A stretch of 44,976 bases of DNA from a virus. The position numbers and the translations under genes were made by a program. The stretch lies in the IMG/VR virus record IMGVR_UViG_3300027895_000002, positions 1-44,976 of that record. One strand, written 5' to 3'. Shown here in pieces: positions 1-7,993 of the stretch; position 1 is the first letter of the stretch, and each line of letters opens with the position of its first letter. Below the pieces are notes generated by a model. It did not search any database, was not told the DNA's origin, and worked only from the letters and a program-made list of their open reading frames with translations.

Positions 1-127
1 CTTTGGCGATTACATCGCTTCGATACTGCCCTATGTTTTCCAGCTCACACGGGTAGCCAATCGTGAACATCAACCAAAGAAATTGCGAGTCTGGAAGAAT
101 CAAGCTAAACCGGATGAAATCCGATAC
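1..127. repeat. Terminal direct repeat, copy 1 (identical to 44850..44976); signature of a circularly closed or terminally redundant genome
   Basis: Direct comparison: 1..127 (ctttggcgattacatcgc...ggatgaaatccgatac) equals 44850..44976 base for base. Confidence 0.97.
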
Positions 128-628
128 CTATTCGGGCCGCAGTCTCCCGAGCGCGATATGTTGGTTGCGGTTCATGAAGCCGTGCCAAAGGGTGTTAATG
201 CAGCGATCCGTAATGATCTTTGCCAAGACTTGCTTTGTGAAATCATCGCTGGCGACCTGAAGCTAGAAAACGTCAGGGACGCCATAGGGGCTCGCTTGAG
301 AGCTGCAAAGGCTTTCATGCCGCATAGCATGGAGGACTTTGGACGGAAGCCTTGGACCGGCGATAAGGGCGCTGACGAATGGAAGGATTGGTATGTGCCG
401 CCGCCTGTTCCTCTTGCTGAAAAGGTCGAATGGCTGTCGGACCATTGGGGATGCGGGAACTTTGCCGCACCTCCCGCACCGCAAACCATCTTACCGAAAC
501 ACAAGATGGTGCATCGGACCGAGACGCGTCAGGATTTTGAGATCCGCGTGAAGCGCCGCCGCGCGCGTGAGATGGGGCTAATTCAGCCAGAACCGTTGAA
601 TGATCCTAGTGCGGGAGCGAGCACATAA
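2..628 (+). CDS. Hypothetical protein, C-terminal part of a gene that wraps around the window ends (N-terminal part at 44503..44976; bases 2..127 are the duplicated copy)
   Basis: The frame of track ORF 83..628 stays open back to base 2. It is the same frame as the stop-less ORF running off the right end, and the two join through the 127-nt repeat. Length is about 324 aa from ATG 44503 or 306 aa from ATG 44557. No family recognised. Confidence 0.6.
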   Translation, partial: FGDYIASILPYVFQLTRVANREHQPKKLRVWKNQAKPDEIRYLFGPQSPERDMLVAVHEAVPKGVNAAIRNDLCQDLLCEIIAGDLKLENVRDAIGARLRAAKAFMPHSMEDFGRKPWTGDKGADEWKDWYVPPPVPLAEKVEWLSDHWGCGNFAAPPAPQTILPKHKMVHRTETRQDFEIRVKRRRAREMGLIQPEPLNDPSAGAST

Positions 629-630
629 CG

Positions 631-1083
631 ATGCTTATATTTCCAAGCAAGCCGAAAGAGATCGAACTGGGGAAGGTTTGCGGAGGTGTATGGACATGTG
701 GCTGTGAAGGCCAGGATTGGGTTCTGTACGAAAATGGTGTTTGTCTTTGCCGGGGCTGTAATTGCATCAGCACTGTGCTCAAGGTCGTCCATGATCCTGT
801 GCCAGCGGAAACGGAGAAACGCCGTCTTGCGCGTATCGCAGAGTTAATGGAACGTGACCCCGCGTCAGACACCCTTGATGGGGAGCAATTACAGCAACTC
901 GCCTCGGAGCAAGAGGCATACGAGAAACTGACCTGTCCTGAATTTCAATCTAGCAAGGAGCACTGGCAAAATACCCCGCATTCGTTCTGCACGCGTGATG
1001 GGAGACTTTCCGGGGCGTGCTTCCAGTGCGGCCAGCCATTCAAGGCTGAGATACACGCTCCCAATGGAGAAACAGGCAAATGA
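631..1083 (+). CDS. Cys-rich hypothetical protein, putative zinc-binding
   Basis: ATG 2 nt after the upstream stop. Motifs WTCGCEGQDW, CLCRGCNC and CFQCG. Confidence 0.6.
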   Translation: MLIFPSKPKEIELGKVCGGVWTCGCEGQDWVLYENGVCLCRGCNCISTVLKVVHDPVPAETEKRRLARIAELMERDPASDTLDGEQLQQLASEQEAYEKLTCPEFQSSKEHWQNTPHSFCTRDGRLSGACFQCGQPFKAEIHAPNGETGK

Positions 1084-1502
1084 AGCTCTCAGACGCATTG
1101 CGTGATTTTGGCCCCTGTCGAGGTCAAACCAGCGTCATCGCCGCGTTGCTCGGCGGCGGAGATGTCAAGTCGGTTACGGGTGAACCCCGCAAAGGAGAAT
1201 CACTTAAGGAAGCTAGGGCGCAATTAGCGCGCTACGAGGAAGCTCAGGAAGCCTGTCGGAGCGACGCCGCATGGTGGGGATACATGGGAGACATTTCGTA
1301 CTGGCGGGCTGTCATCAGCCTGCTAGAAGCCGCTGAGCTTGTCGGCGCGGACAATCTGCCGGATCTGCCGTATACGGTTCAAGGCGGCTTCGTGATGGAT
1401 ATTTGTTCGCGGCAAGAGAGCTGGGGCAAAGAGGTACTTGAGGCCGCTAAGCGACGAGCAAGCGCAACGCCTGTTACCAGCGCAGGAACGGACAAAACAT
1501 GA
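1080..1502 (+). CDS. Hypothetical protein
   Basis: ATGA start/stop overlap with the upstream gene. Ordinary amino-acid composition. No family recognised. Confidence 0.55.
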   Translation: MKLSDALRDFGPCRGQTSVIAALLGGGDVKSVTGEPRKGESLKEARAQLARYEEAQEACRSDAAWWGYMGDISYWRAVISLLEAAELVGADNLPDLPYTVQGGFVMDICSRQESWGKEVLEAAKRRASATPVTSAGTDKT

Positions 1503-1723
1503 GGGAAACGGTGGAATGCTTTTTCTGCGCTCGTTCTCTAGCGGCTCATGCCAACAATCGGCAGCGCCACGTGTGGCGTCTTGGCCCGTGGGTAGAGCGG
1601 GACGACTTCGAGCTTAATGATGAAGCGACCAAAGCTATTCATCGGCGGGACCAAGAGAACCAATGGCGTTTGCGTGAGGAACGCTTACGCGCTCATAACT
1701 CAGGATGTAAGCCGGATGTGTAA
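1499..1723 (+). CDS. Hypothetical protein
   Basis: ATGA overlap with the upstream gene; 74 aa. Confidence 0.5.
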   Translation: MRETVECFFCARSLAAHANNRQRHVWRLGPWVERDDFELNDEATKAIHRRDQENQWRLREERLRAHNSGCKPDV

Positions 1724-1925
1724 GTGCGTTGAAACTATGGACGGGCATCTCGCCAAGGCGAACACGCGGATCGCGCTGGCGATGATGGTGAACGTCACAG
1801 GCAACGATGCCGAGATCAAACTACGCCCCATCGTCAGCACTGTGAAGGTTGACGAGAAAAGACGCGGTAAGCCAAAAACTGCGCTCGCCTCGTTCTGTCC
1901 ATTTTGCGGGAAGAAGCTGTCATGA
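1716..1925 (+). CDS. Small hypothetical protein with zinc-ribbon-like ends (N-terminal CKC, C-terminal CPFCG)
   Basis: Internal ATG of track ORF 1617..1925 that overlaps the upstream stop (ATGTGTAA). The N-terminal part of the longer track ORF overlaps the previous gene. Confidence 0.5.
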   Translation: MCKCVETMDGHLAKANTRIALAMMVNVTGNDAEIKLRPIVSTVKVDEKRRGKPKTALASFCPFCGKKLS

Positions 1926-2239
1926 CAAATGTGACAGCCGGACCTTGGAAACTAGGCGAAGGCGGCTTCATGCACGCTAATCGCGTGTGGACGCAAGACA
2001 TGCGGCCCGTAGCCAATCTGTGCTCTTTCGGCTCAAGTCCTGCAGACCTTGATCCTGTTGCGCAAGCCAACGGACGGTTGATCGCCGCTGCGCCTTCCCT
2101 CTTAGCAGCTTGCAAACGAGCCAAGAAATTGCTTGAGCCAGAAGTCACTAAAGAGCCTGACAGGACGATATTTTGGGAGCTGGTTGCGGCTATCCGTCGC
2201 GCGGAAGGCTCACCTCCAGAACCGGAGCACCGATCATGA
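1922..2239 (+). CDS. Hypothetical phage protein (GPW ... ANGRLIAAAPSLL motif)
   Basis: ATGA overlap with the upstream stop. The sequence pattern is common in small phage early proteins of unknown function. Confidence 0.55.
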   Translation: MTNVTAGPWKLGEGGFMHANRVWTQDMRPVANLCSFGSSPADLDPVAQANGRLIAAAPSLLAACKRAKKLLEPEVTKEPDRTIFWELVAAIRRAEGSPPEPEHRS

Positions 2240-2541
2240 CAAAGGAACGACTCGACTCCGGTTGGGTTGAAAAGTACGTGGTAGCAGCCGGACCTGACGG
2301 TTTTGAGGCTGTGCTCTGTGAATCGCTCACTGCTGCGCGTCGGCAGTTTATCGACTGTCATTTAATGGGCACACCGGACGCCGCCGAAGAGAAGCGGCTA
2401 GGTGAGCTCTTCGACGACGACGACAACTGGGTATTTTATGACGATACCCGCGTGAGTTTGGATTGCACGTATGAAGCGGATCGCGTGACAGTGACGCGCG
2501 TGACCCGAGTACGCGCTCCCGAGACGGGAACGGGCACGTGA
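2236..2541 (+). CDS. Hypothetical protein ending in PETGTGT
   Basis: ATGA overlap with the upstream stop. The 3' end carries the 19-nt motif that is also found at 43741. Confidence 0.5.
   Translation: MTKERLDSGWVEKYVVAAGPDGFEAVLCESLTAARRQFIDCHLMGTPDAAEEKRLGELFDDDDNWVFYDDTRVSLDCTYEADRVTVTRVTRVRAPETGTGT
2516..2534 (+). repeat. 19-nt boundary motif ctcccgagacgggaacggg, copy 1 (contains hairpin TCCCG-aga-CGGGA)
   Basis: Exact 19-nt match to 43741..43759. Both copies sit in the last codons of a plus-strand gene, just before the next start codon. Confidence 0.85.
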
Positions 2542-2771
2542 GTTGGGAAGATGATCACTTCGGCGCGACCGAGGCGGAAGTTATCGACTCCTTGGAGGAC
2601 GAGATAGCCTCTCAAGTGGAGCGTGTGAACTTCCTTTTGCGAGCTATGCGCCAGCAGCGAACGTGGATTGTCCTGCACCGAGCCGGCGAACTGTCCGCTG
2701 AGGCGACGTTGCGGGAGATCAGCACCGATATTGATCGCTGTATAGGTCCGTTACCCGTTCAGAAATCGTGA
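2538..2771 (+). CDS. Hypothetical protein (last gene of the plus-strand arm)
   Basis: GTG start overlapping the upstream TGA (GTGA). Its stop codon abuts the stop of the convergent minus-strand gene. Confidence 0.45.
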   Translation: MSWEDDHFGATEAEVIDSLEDEIASQVERVNFLLRAMRQQRTWIVLHRAGELSAEATLREISTDIDRCIGPLPVQKS

Positions 2772-3275
2772 CTACTTCAGTGGCACTTGTACGGGGTCCA
2801 CCGTAAAGCCTACAGCCTGTAGCAGCAACAGACATACGTTAGGCGTGATCTGGTGAGCTGGGATTGCCAGGGGAAAGGGAACTAGCTTGATGTGCTGCAT
2901 GGCATTGATGGCAAGCTCAGAGCAATCATAGGTTCCCATCTTGTGCCGGTCGCGATTAAAGATAAAGGTCTCGATATCCCCCCTGGCGTAAGGATCGGTG
3001 ATCTTCGCCCTTAAGTTCGCTTCCCAGTCGGCATACTGGGCGTCCGTGACTTCCTTCCAAGCCCTGCGCTTCCTGATCCACTTCTCCGTTGAGGGCAGGC
3101 GGATATGCACCCCTGCAGGGACACCTGCCAAAACATCGTTTCTGGCATCAAGATACCGCCCGTCGCTTAAGACACTGGCCGCGTGTGACCAACCGTTAGG
3201 CCCCTGACCGTAATAGCTGATGAGCCGCGAGAGCCAGTCTGGCCCCATCAGGAAATCAACGGCTACCTGAGCCAT
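2772..3275 (-). CDS. Candidate cell-wall peptidase/amidase, permuted papain-like (NlpC/P60, YiiX/C92-like)
   Basis: A GWSHAASV (His) motif is followed later by a YDCSELA (Cys) motif. This His-then-Cys order matches permuted papain-fold amidases. It is the last gene of a translationally coupled lysis cluster. Confidence 0.5.
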   Translation of the reverse strand: MAQVAVDFLMGPDWLSRLISYYGQGPNGWSHAASVLSDGRYLDARNDVLAGVPAGVHIRLPSTEKWIRKRRAWKEVTDAQYADWEANLRAKITDPYARGDIETFIFNRDRHKMGTYDCSELAINAMQHIKLVPFPLAIPAHQITPNVCLLLLQAVGFTVDPVQVPLK

Positions 3276-3550
3276 TAAGCGGGAGGAGTCAGCTTAGAGT
3301 TTAAGGTGCTGATCCACCCGTCGATCTTGGTATTGGCCTCAGTGATGATGGCTCCACCCTCAGACTGGGCGAGAGAAGGCACTAGAAGCTGTAACGAGCC
3401 CACGAGGACCAGGTTCGCCGCAGGGAAATTCAGAGCCCATTTAGCAGGGTCGGTTCCCATATTGGCGTTGAACTGCTGGACCGCTTTTAAGGCGGCAATG
3501 GCGGTCGGGATAGCCGCTTGTTCCAAAGCGGAAACGGTAGCGTCAGTCAT
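3275..3550 (-). CDS. Hypothetical protein in the lysis cluster
   Basis: TAATG overlap downstream and ATGA overlap upstream; 91 aa. Confidence 0.5.
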   Translation of the reverse strand: MTDATVSALEQAAIPTAIAALKAVQQFNANMGTDPAKWALNFPAANLVLVGSLQLLVPSLAQSEGGAIITEANTKIDGWISTLNSKLTPPA

Positions 3551-3858
3551 GGCGAAGGTCCTTTTGTCGGTAATGGGACGGGTGGAATAGCGGGAGTTCC
3601 TACTGCGTTAACTACATCGGCCTTAGCCTGAGTGATCGTCACAGTGGGTGTTGGATGTTGGGTTCTGGAATAGGCAGCATACCCTAACGAAGCAGCTCCT
3701 ATGGCATCCAAGACGTTATCGACGAAGAGCGCGATATCAGCGCTGCTGAAGGTATCTGCAATATGGAAGTGTACGAGTGCGCGGGTTACTGCTGCGACGC
3801 AGAGCATCTGCAGGATATGGGAGCGGTACCAAGGAATCGCAGATGGGGAATCATTCAT
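3547..3858 (-). CDS. Hypothetical protein with hydrophobic segments and a Pro-rich C-terminus (lysis accessory or spanin-like candidate)
   Basis: ATGA overlaps on both sides. Hydrophobic stretches ILQMLCVAAV and AIGAASLGYAAY; tail PAIPPVPLPTKGPSP. Confidence 0.45.
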   Translation of the reverse strand: MNDSPSAIPWYRSHILQMLCVAAVTRALVHFHIADTFSSADIALFVDNVLDAIGAASLGYAAYSRTQHPTPTVTITQAKADVVNAVGTPAIPPVPLPTKGPSP

Positions 3859-4247
3859 GCAAGTAAGATCCCTTGGTTTACCTGTGCGTCATTGTACGGG
3901 TTAGACCCGTTCTCATGAACTATGATTGCTGACACTAGAGGCAGCATCATGGCAGAGAACTGCACCACATCATCAGGTCCAATTGAGCATCGCTGACACA
4001 CGTCATTCACATAGGCGCTGGTGTCGTTCTCTGTCGAAGGTGCCCAGCGCGCTATCGCGTTCCTGATGGTGTCGATACCCTCACGTTCATAGCTCAGGAG
4101 GATCTTGGCAATAGCCCTGATGCCCCATTTCACGTCGGTGAACTGCACGAAGTCAGGATCAGTCTGTGTATCAGACTGGCCTTCCCAGGTCGCTCCCGGT
4201 ACTTTGCGGATATTACCGGGATTAAAATTAGATTCTCCGCGTGTCAA
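3855..4247 (-). CDS. Peptidoglycan hydrolase-like protein (endolysin candidate)
   Basis: N-terminal ESNFNPGNIR ... W.G ... F..F ... GIRA ... WAP..EN motif series. This resembles the phage muramidase-like family often annotated as structural protein P5. TTG start overlaps the upstream TGA. Confidence 0.55.
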   Translation of the reverse strand: MTRGESNFNPGNIRKVPGATWEGQSDTQTDPDFVQFTDVKWGIRAIAKILLSYEREGIDTIRNAIARWAPSTENDTSAYVNDVCQRCSIGPDDVVQFSAMMLPLVSAIIVHENGSNPYNDAQVNQGILLA

Positions 4248-4399
4248 ATGCGCCCCGTGAGTAGCAGAATGATAAGCACCAGAAGCAAGATGCCTCCAAT
4301 ACCAATGGGATACGGCCCGTTGTAGGAATGCAGCCCGCTTAAGCCTCCGAACAGGAATGCGACCAGGAGAACGATAATGATGATGGCGAGGATGCTCAC
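4244..4399 (-). CDS. Small 2-TM membrane protein (holin/antiholin candidate), 51 aa, below the ORF-track cutoff
   Basis: My own translation: MSILAIIIIVLLVAFLFGGLSGLHSYNGPYPIGIGGILLLVLIILLLTGRI. GTG overlaps the upstream TGA (GTGA), and its stop overlaps the start of the hydrolase gene. Confidence 0.55.
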   Translation of the reverse strand: MSILAIIIIVLLVAFLFGGLSGLHSYNGPYPIGIGGILLLVLIILLLTGRI

Positions 4400-4560
4400 C
4401 GTATCGCCGTCCCTAAATGCACGCCACCGAAGATGAGCGATGCGATGAAGAATGCAAACGCTGCCGCGAGAAGGTTAAAGCGTGGGGGTGCTGGCCACGG
4501 CCATGCCGCAAGACATGCGAGGACGAATGAGAATATTAAGAGGATCAATCCAAGTTCCAT
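4396..4560 (-). CDS. Small 2-TM membrane protein (holin candidate), 54 aa, below the ORF-track cutoff
   Basis: My own translation: MELGLILLIFSFVLACLAAWPWPAPPRFNLLAAAFAFFIASLIFGGVHLGTAIR. It is preceded by GTAAGGAGCTTTT-ATG, a strong SD. Confidence 0.6.
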   Translation of the reverse strand: MELGLILLIFSFVLACLAAWPWPAPPRFNLLAAAFAFFIASLIFGGVHLGTAIR

Positions 4561-4569
4561 AAAAGCTCC

Positions 4570-4929
4570 TTACTTTCTGAACGCTACGATGAGTAAGCCT
4601 ATCATTTGCAGAACAAACATACCGAAGGTCAAGAGCGTGGTGCGTAGAGAACTCTCACCACCCTTCTTCCCCTCAAGATTGGCAACCGCTGTCGTCACAG
4701 AGCCTCGCCACGCATTGACTTCACCCACAAAACCGTTGAACTTGTCATCGCTGATATAGGTCGATTGGTCCTTTACCTGTTTCTCGTGAGCATGATTCAG
4801 GTCCAGTAACCGTCGCTCGTACTCCTTGGCTTGCAGGATCTTCTCTCGTTCGGCTGCCTGAACCTTTTCCTCCAATACCGCAATGCGTACCGTGAGGTCG
4901 TGTTCGCGCGCAGATAAAGTATCCATCAA
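4570..4929 (-). CDS. Coiled-coil protein with a C-terminal transmembrane anchor
   Basis: Heptad-like charged N-terminal half; C-terminal LLTFGMFVLQMIGLLIVAF. ATGA overlap with the tailspike gene. Confidence 0.6.
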   Translation of the reverse strand: MMDTLSAREHDLTVRIAVLEEKVQAAEREKILQAKEYERRLLDLNHAHEKQVKDQSTYISDDKFNGFVGEVNAWRGSVTTAVANLEGKKGGESSLRTTLLTFGMFVLQMIGLLIVAFRK

Positions 4930-6674
4930 TATTCCACAATGCAGTCCACCGTCCCTGTATAGGTTCCGGCGTTCCCAATCGTAAATCCTCCAGTCCCGGC
5001 ACTCGTGTAGTAAAAGGCCGCAGGAGGAGGAGTGCCACGAGCGGTCAGGGCGACCTGATAGGTGGTTCCTGCCAAGGTAGCACCATTCGGGAAACCCACT
5101 GTGGCGGTTGCCGTGCCTCCAGTAGGAGTCACCGGCTGAAAAGCCCCGGCCATGAGCTGGGCGAACTTCAACTTGGTAAAGAGTTGCACTCCGGTTCCAC
5201 CTACTGTCAAGCCACCGGCAAATAAAGCCCCACCCGCCCCGCCTTTGTTGAGGAAGAGCTGCCCGTTACCGCTGTAGGAGCCACCGGAGAAGTTACCCCC
5301 GCACCACGTACCCGCATTGGCATCGAAGATGTTCTGATTCTGAATGAGGGGCGAGAGCTGCCAGTAAGTTGCATTCGGGGGCATTTGATTGACGTTTGCC
5401 AGAATGCAGTAATACTGCAAGCCCTCCTTGACGAGTGCTCCACTGCCATAGGTACTCGCAGAGTTCCACGCGGCTCCCTGAGCGGCATAGGGTTGAAACT
5501 GTCCTACCGAGACGATGGGAGCATTGGTTCCGGTGGTCATGATTTCAGGTACCACCGCACCGGCATTAAAACTTACAATGAGATAGTCGATGCGGGTATT
5601 GGCGGCGTAGTAAATGGGAACCGCTCCGGATACGGGAGCCTCGATCTCTATGAACCCGACATGCCCCTCACCGATATTCACGCAGACCGTCGCCCCGTTA
5701 GCCGCAAAGCCCAGAGGGCCTGTGACCTCCAGTTGGTTGATCGCAATGCCAGAACCTAGAATGGAGACCCCATCGGTATTCAGGTCCTGAATGAACCCCA
5801 TCTCACCGATGTTGCACGTCATCGTCACCCCTTTGCAGCCGAAGTCCCTGAAGGTGATGTCGTCCATCCACGCTTCTGTCCCGTAGACCGTGGTGTCTCC
5901 TGCCAGATACCCGTAGGAATATGCAGTGGGAGTAGAGGCAGAGATGTTCCCATACATGCTCCATCCGGTGAGACGGATCTTCTGGGCGTTGGTCGCGTAA
6001 AATGCGATCCCTGTCGCTCCTGGTTTGCAGACAAGATTAGATTCCCACCTCCCCTGTCCGATCAACTGTCCCCCGGCAGGGCAGACGAGTTCCGAGACGA
6101 GATAGTTAAAAGGTCCTAAATAAGCAGGCTGTCCTACCAAAGACATCGCAGTATTGATCGGGATCGTCATATCGGTTCCGGTGGAACCGTTGATCGAGGC
6201 GTAAATGACACCCGAAGAGATGTAGCGCTCGGGATATCCCGGAGGGAAGGCGGTATTGGTCGGCGTAACGCTGTCGTTCTTTTCGACCTGAGTTTGGGGA
6301 TAAAGAATAGACCCCAAATACTGTGCGGTGAGAAGCTCGGTGAGGTCTGACGTCGTAATGATGCCCTGAGCGTAGGTTACGGCCGACTGGATACCGTTCA
6401 CCGTCCTGATGGCACTCGTCGGAGGATTGGTGTCGTTCGGAGGCGAGTAGACGAAAGTGTAGGTGAGTGCGGGGTCGAGCCATACCGTCGCAGACCCGTT
6501 GGAATCAAGCACAATGGGATTGGTGTTGAGCGTGTCCTGTGTGCTGTCGGTCCACGTAGATTGGGGAGTGGTGGTTCCCGAGATGAAGGTGAATAGCAGA
6601 AACCCCACAGCAGGCTGACCCGTGGCAGGGTTCAGAAACTGCAACTGCATCGTCGGGGAGATCGTCACACTCAT
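4926..6674 (-). CDS. Tailspike / tail fibre (receptor-binding protein)
   Basis: The N-terminus (QFLNPATGQP..G.LLFTF.SGTTTPQSTWTD...NPIVLDSNG) matches the common tail-fibre N-terminal domain pattern. Ser/Thr/Gly-rich beta-rich body. Its position after the ejection genes matches P22 gp9. Confidence 0.7.
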   Translation of the reverse strand: MSVTISPTMQLQFLNPATGQPAVGFLLFTFISGTTTPQSTWTDSTQDTLNTNPIVLDSNGSATVWLDPALTYTFVYSPPNDTNPPTSAIRTVNGIQSAVTYAQGIITTSDLTELLTAQYLGSILYPQTQVEKNDSVTPTNTAFPPGYPERYISSGVIYASINGSTGTDMTIPINTAMSLVGQPAYLGPFNYLVSELVCPAGGQLIGQGRWESNLVCKPGATGIAFYATNAQKIRLTGWSMYGNISASTPTAYSYGYLAGDTTVYGTEAWMDDITFRDFGCKGVTMTCNIGEMGFIQDLNTDGVSILGSGIAINQLEVTGPLGFAANGATVCVNIGEGHVGFIEIEAPVSGAVPIYYAANTRIDYLIVSFNAGAVVPEIMTTGTNAPIVSVGQFQPYAAQGAAWNSASTYGSGALVKEGLQYYCILANVNQMPPNATYWQLSPLIQNQNIFDANAGTWCGGNFSGGSYSGNGQLFLNKGGAGGALFAGGLTVGGTGVQLFTKLKFAQLMAGAFQPVTPTGGTATATVGFPNGATLAGTTYQVALTARGTPPPAAFYYTSAGTGGFTIGNAGTYTGTVDCIVEY

Positions 6675-7993
6675 GAGTAACTCACGTCTTTCGCGTAGCC
6701 GTGCTTCTGCAATTCCGGCAACTCGCTTTCAAGCTTTTCACCAATATCGTCCCGGTACATCATGTTCGGGATGTGGAGTTCCTTAACGGTTGAATAAGCC
6801 CTGTCGCAAGCCTGCCTTACGGTCTTGCCCATGCCTGTCACAACAGCAATATAGTCCCCTGTAGTCGTCCACAGATCCCGCTCCACTACCGCATCCCCGT
6901 CCATATCAGGCATTTTCTCGATCTTCACCGATTGCGGGGCAAGATACTTTTTGTTGGCTTCAGTCACGCCATAGATCGGAATGTCCGAAACCTCGGCTTT
7001 GGTCAGTTTGCTATTGGGATAGTCTGGTTGTGCAATCACTACCCCGCAAGCCACAGCAGGAGAGGTCTGCAAGGTGTCTTCCCCCTCGCAGGCATCAAGC
7101 ATCCACTGAACGGGATCGCCTTTGTGGGCGGCCTGCATGATATTGAAGGCAGGCCAGCCAAGACGGGTGGTGAACTCAAGCGGCCAAGCCTTGCCTTGCT
7201 TGTCCACAATACAGTTCACGTCAATATCCCCAAGGTGCTGCATCTCTACCAGAGCATCCTCCAGAGGATCTAACACTTCCTCGGCAAGCTTGGACTCCTC
7301 GGTGTATTTTAGAACCGTACCGGCTTCTCCACAGTTGGGTCCACAGTCTCCAGATAAGAGCTTCTTGAACTCCCAATTAATGTTAGGAGGTCCAATGAAC
7401 CCATCCGCTCCCATCCATCTGCTGACACCTAACTCTATGCCGTCAATTACCTCTTGGAGCATCACAGGTCCTTTAGAAGCCATGCCTAGTTTCTGCCACC
7501 TCTGTAAGCGTGCCACCATGTCGGCAGCGGACTTACTGACGTAAGAGAGTGATTTATCGTCCTCACTGCCGAGGGTCTTAAAGACATAACGGTCGGGCTT
7601 TGATCTGACGTGCTCTTCAGCTTCTTTGAGATTGGCGAACTCCTCCCATTCGGGTACGTCGATGCCGTGATCCGTGAAGAATTTCATTCCTACTGCACGC
7701 TCAACTTCCAGCTCTGCGGACTTCTTCGAGGGGCCGAATACCTTGACGCCCTGCTTTCTCAAAGCATCTAGCTTCGGCACGAATTGGTGATTGCCAGAAG
7801 GCACCACGAGGTCCGCCCACTTGACTGAGGAAAGCCAGTTCTCCACCCGCTCCACACCTTTGAAACCTTTTCCGGTCTCCTTGTGGTTCTCGGGAGCCAT
7901 CCAGATCCGTACCGTATGACCTGCTTTGACGCAGCGGATTGCGAAGGGGAGCATCTCGCCTACAGAATCCATTGAGAGTAGAAGCACCTTCAC
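6671..7993 (-). CDS. ATP-grasp enzyme, phosphoribosylamine-glycine ligase (PurD/GARS)-like
   Basis: Collinear with PurD over the full length. MKVLLL start; KVFGPSKKSAELEVERAVGMKFF (PurD: K.FGP...AA.LE.SK.F.K.F). GPNCGEAG in place of the NTGGMG loop; LEFTTRLGWPAF (PurD: IEFN.RFGDPE). C-terminal GDYIAVVTGMGKTV..A...AY......YRDDIG. Confidence 0.85.
   Translation of the reverse strand: MKVLLLSMDSVGEMLPFAIRCVKAGHTVRIWMAPENHKETGKGFKGVERVENWLSSVKWADLVVPSGNHQFVPKLDALRKQGVKVFGPSKKSAELEVERAVGMKFFTDHGIDVPEWEEFANLKEAEEHVRSKPDRYVFKTLGSEDDKSLSYVSKSAADMVARLQRWQKLGMASKGPVMLQEVIDGIELGVSRWMGADGFIGPPNINWEFKKLLSGDCGPNCGEAGTVLKYTEESKLAEEVLDPLEDALVEMQHLGDIDVNCIVDKQGKAWPLEFTTRLGWPAFNIMQAAHKGDPVQWMLDACEGEDTLQTSPAVACGVVIAQPDYPNSKLTKAEVSDIPIYGVTEANKKYLAPQSVKIEKMPDMDGDAVVERDLWTTTGDYIAVVTGMGKTVRQACDRAYSTVKELHIPNMMYRDDIGEKLESELPELQKHGYAKDVSYS

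Noticed and set aside
1-127. Physical short direct terminal repeat (T7-like DTR)
   Set aside because: A gene reads straight through the junction. The length equals a common assembler k-mer. The morphogenesis genes resemble headful-packaging P22-type phages. An assembly overlap is the simpler explanation, although read-start analysis would be needed to exclude a DTR.
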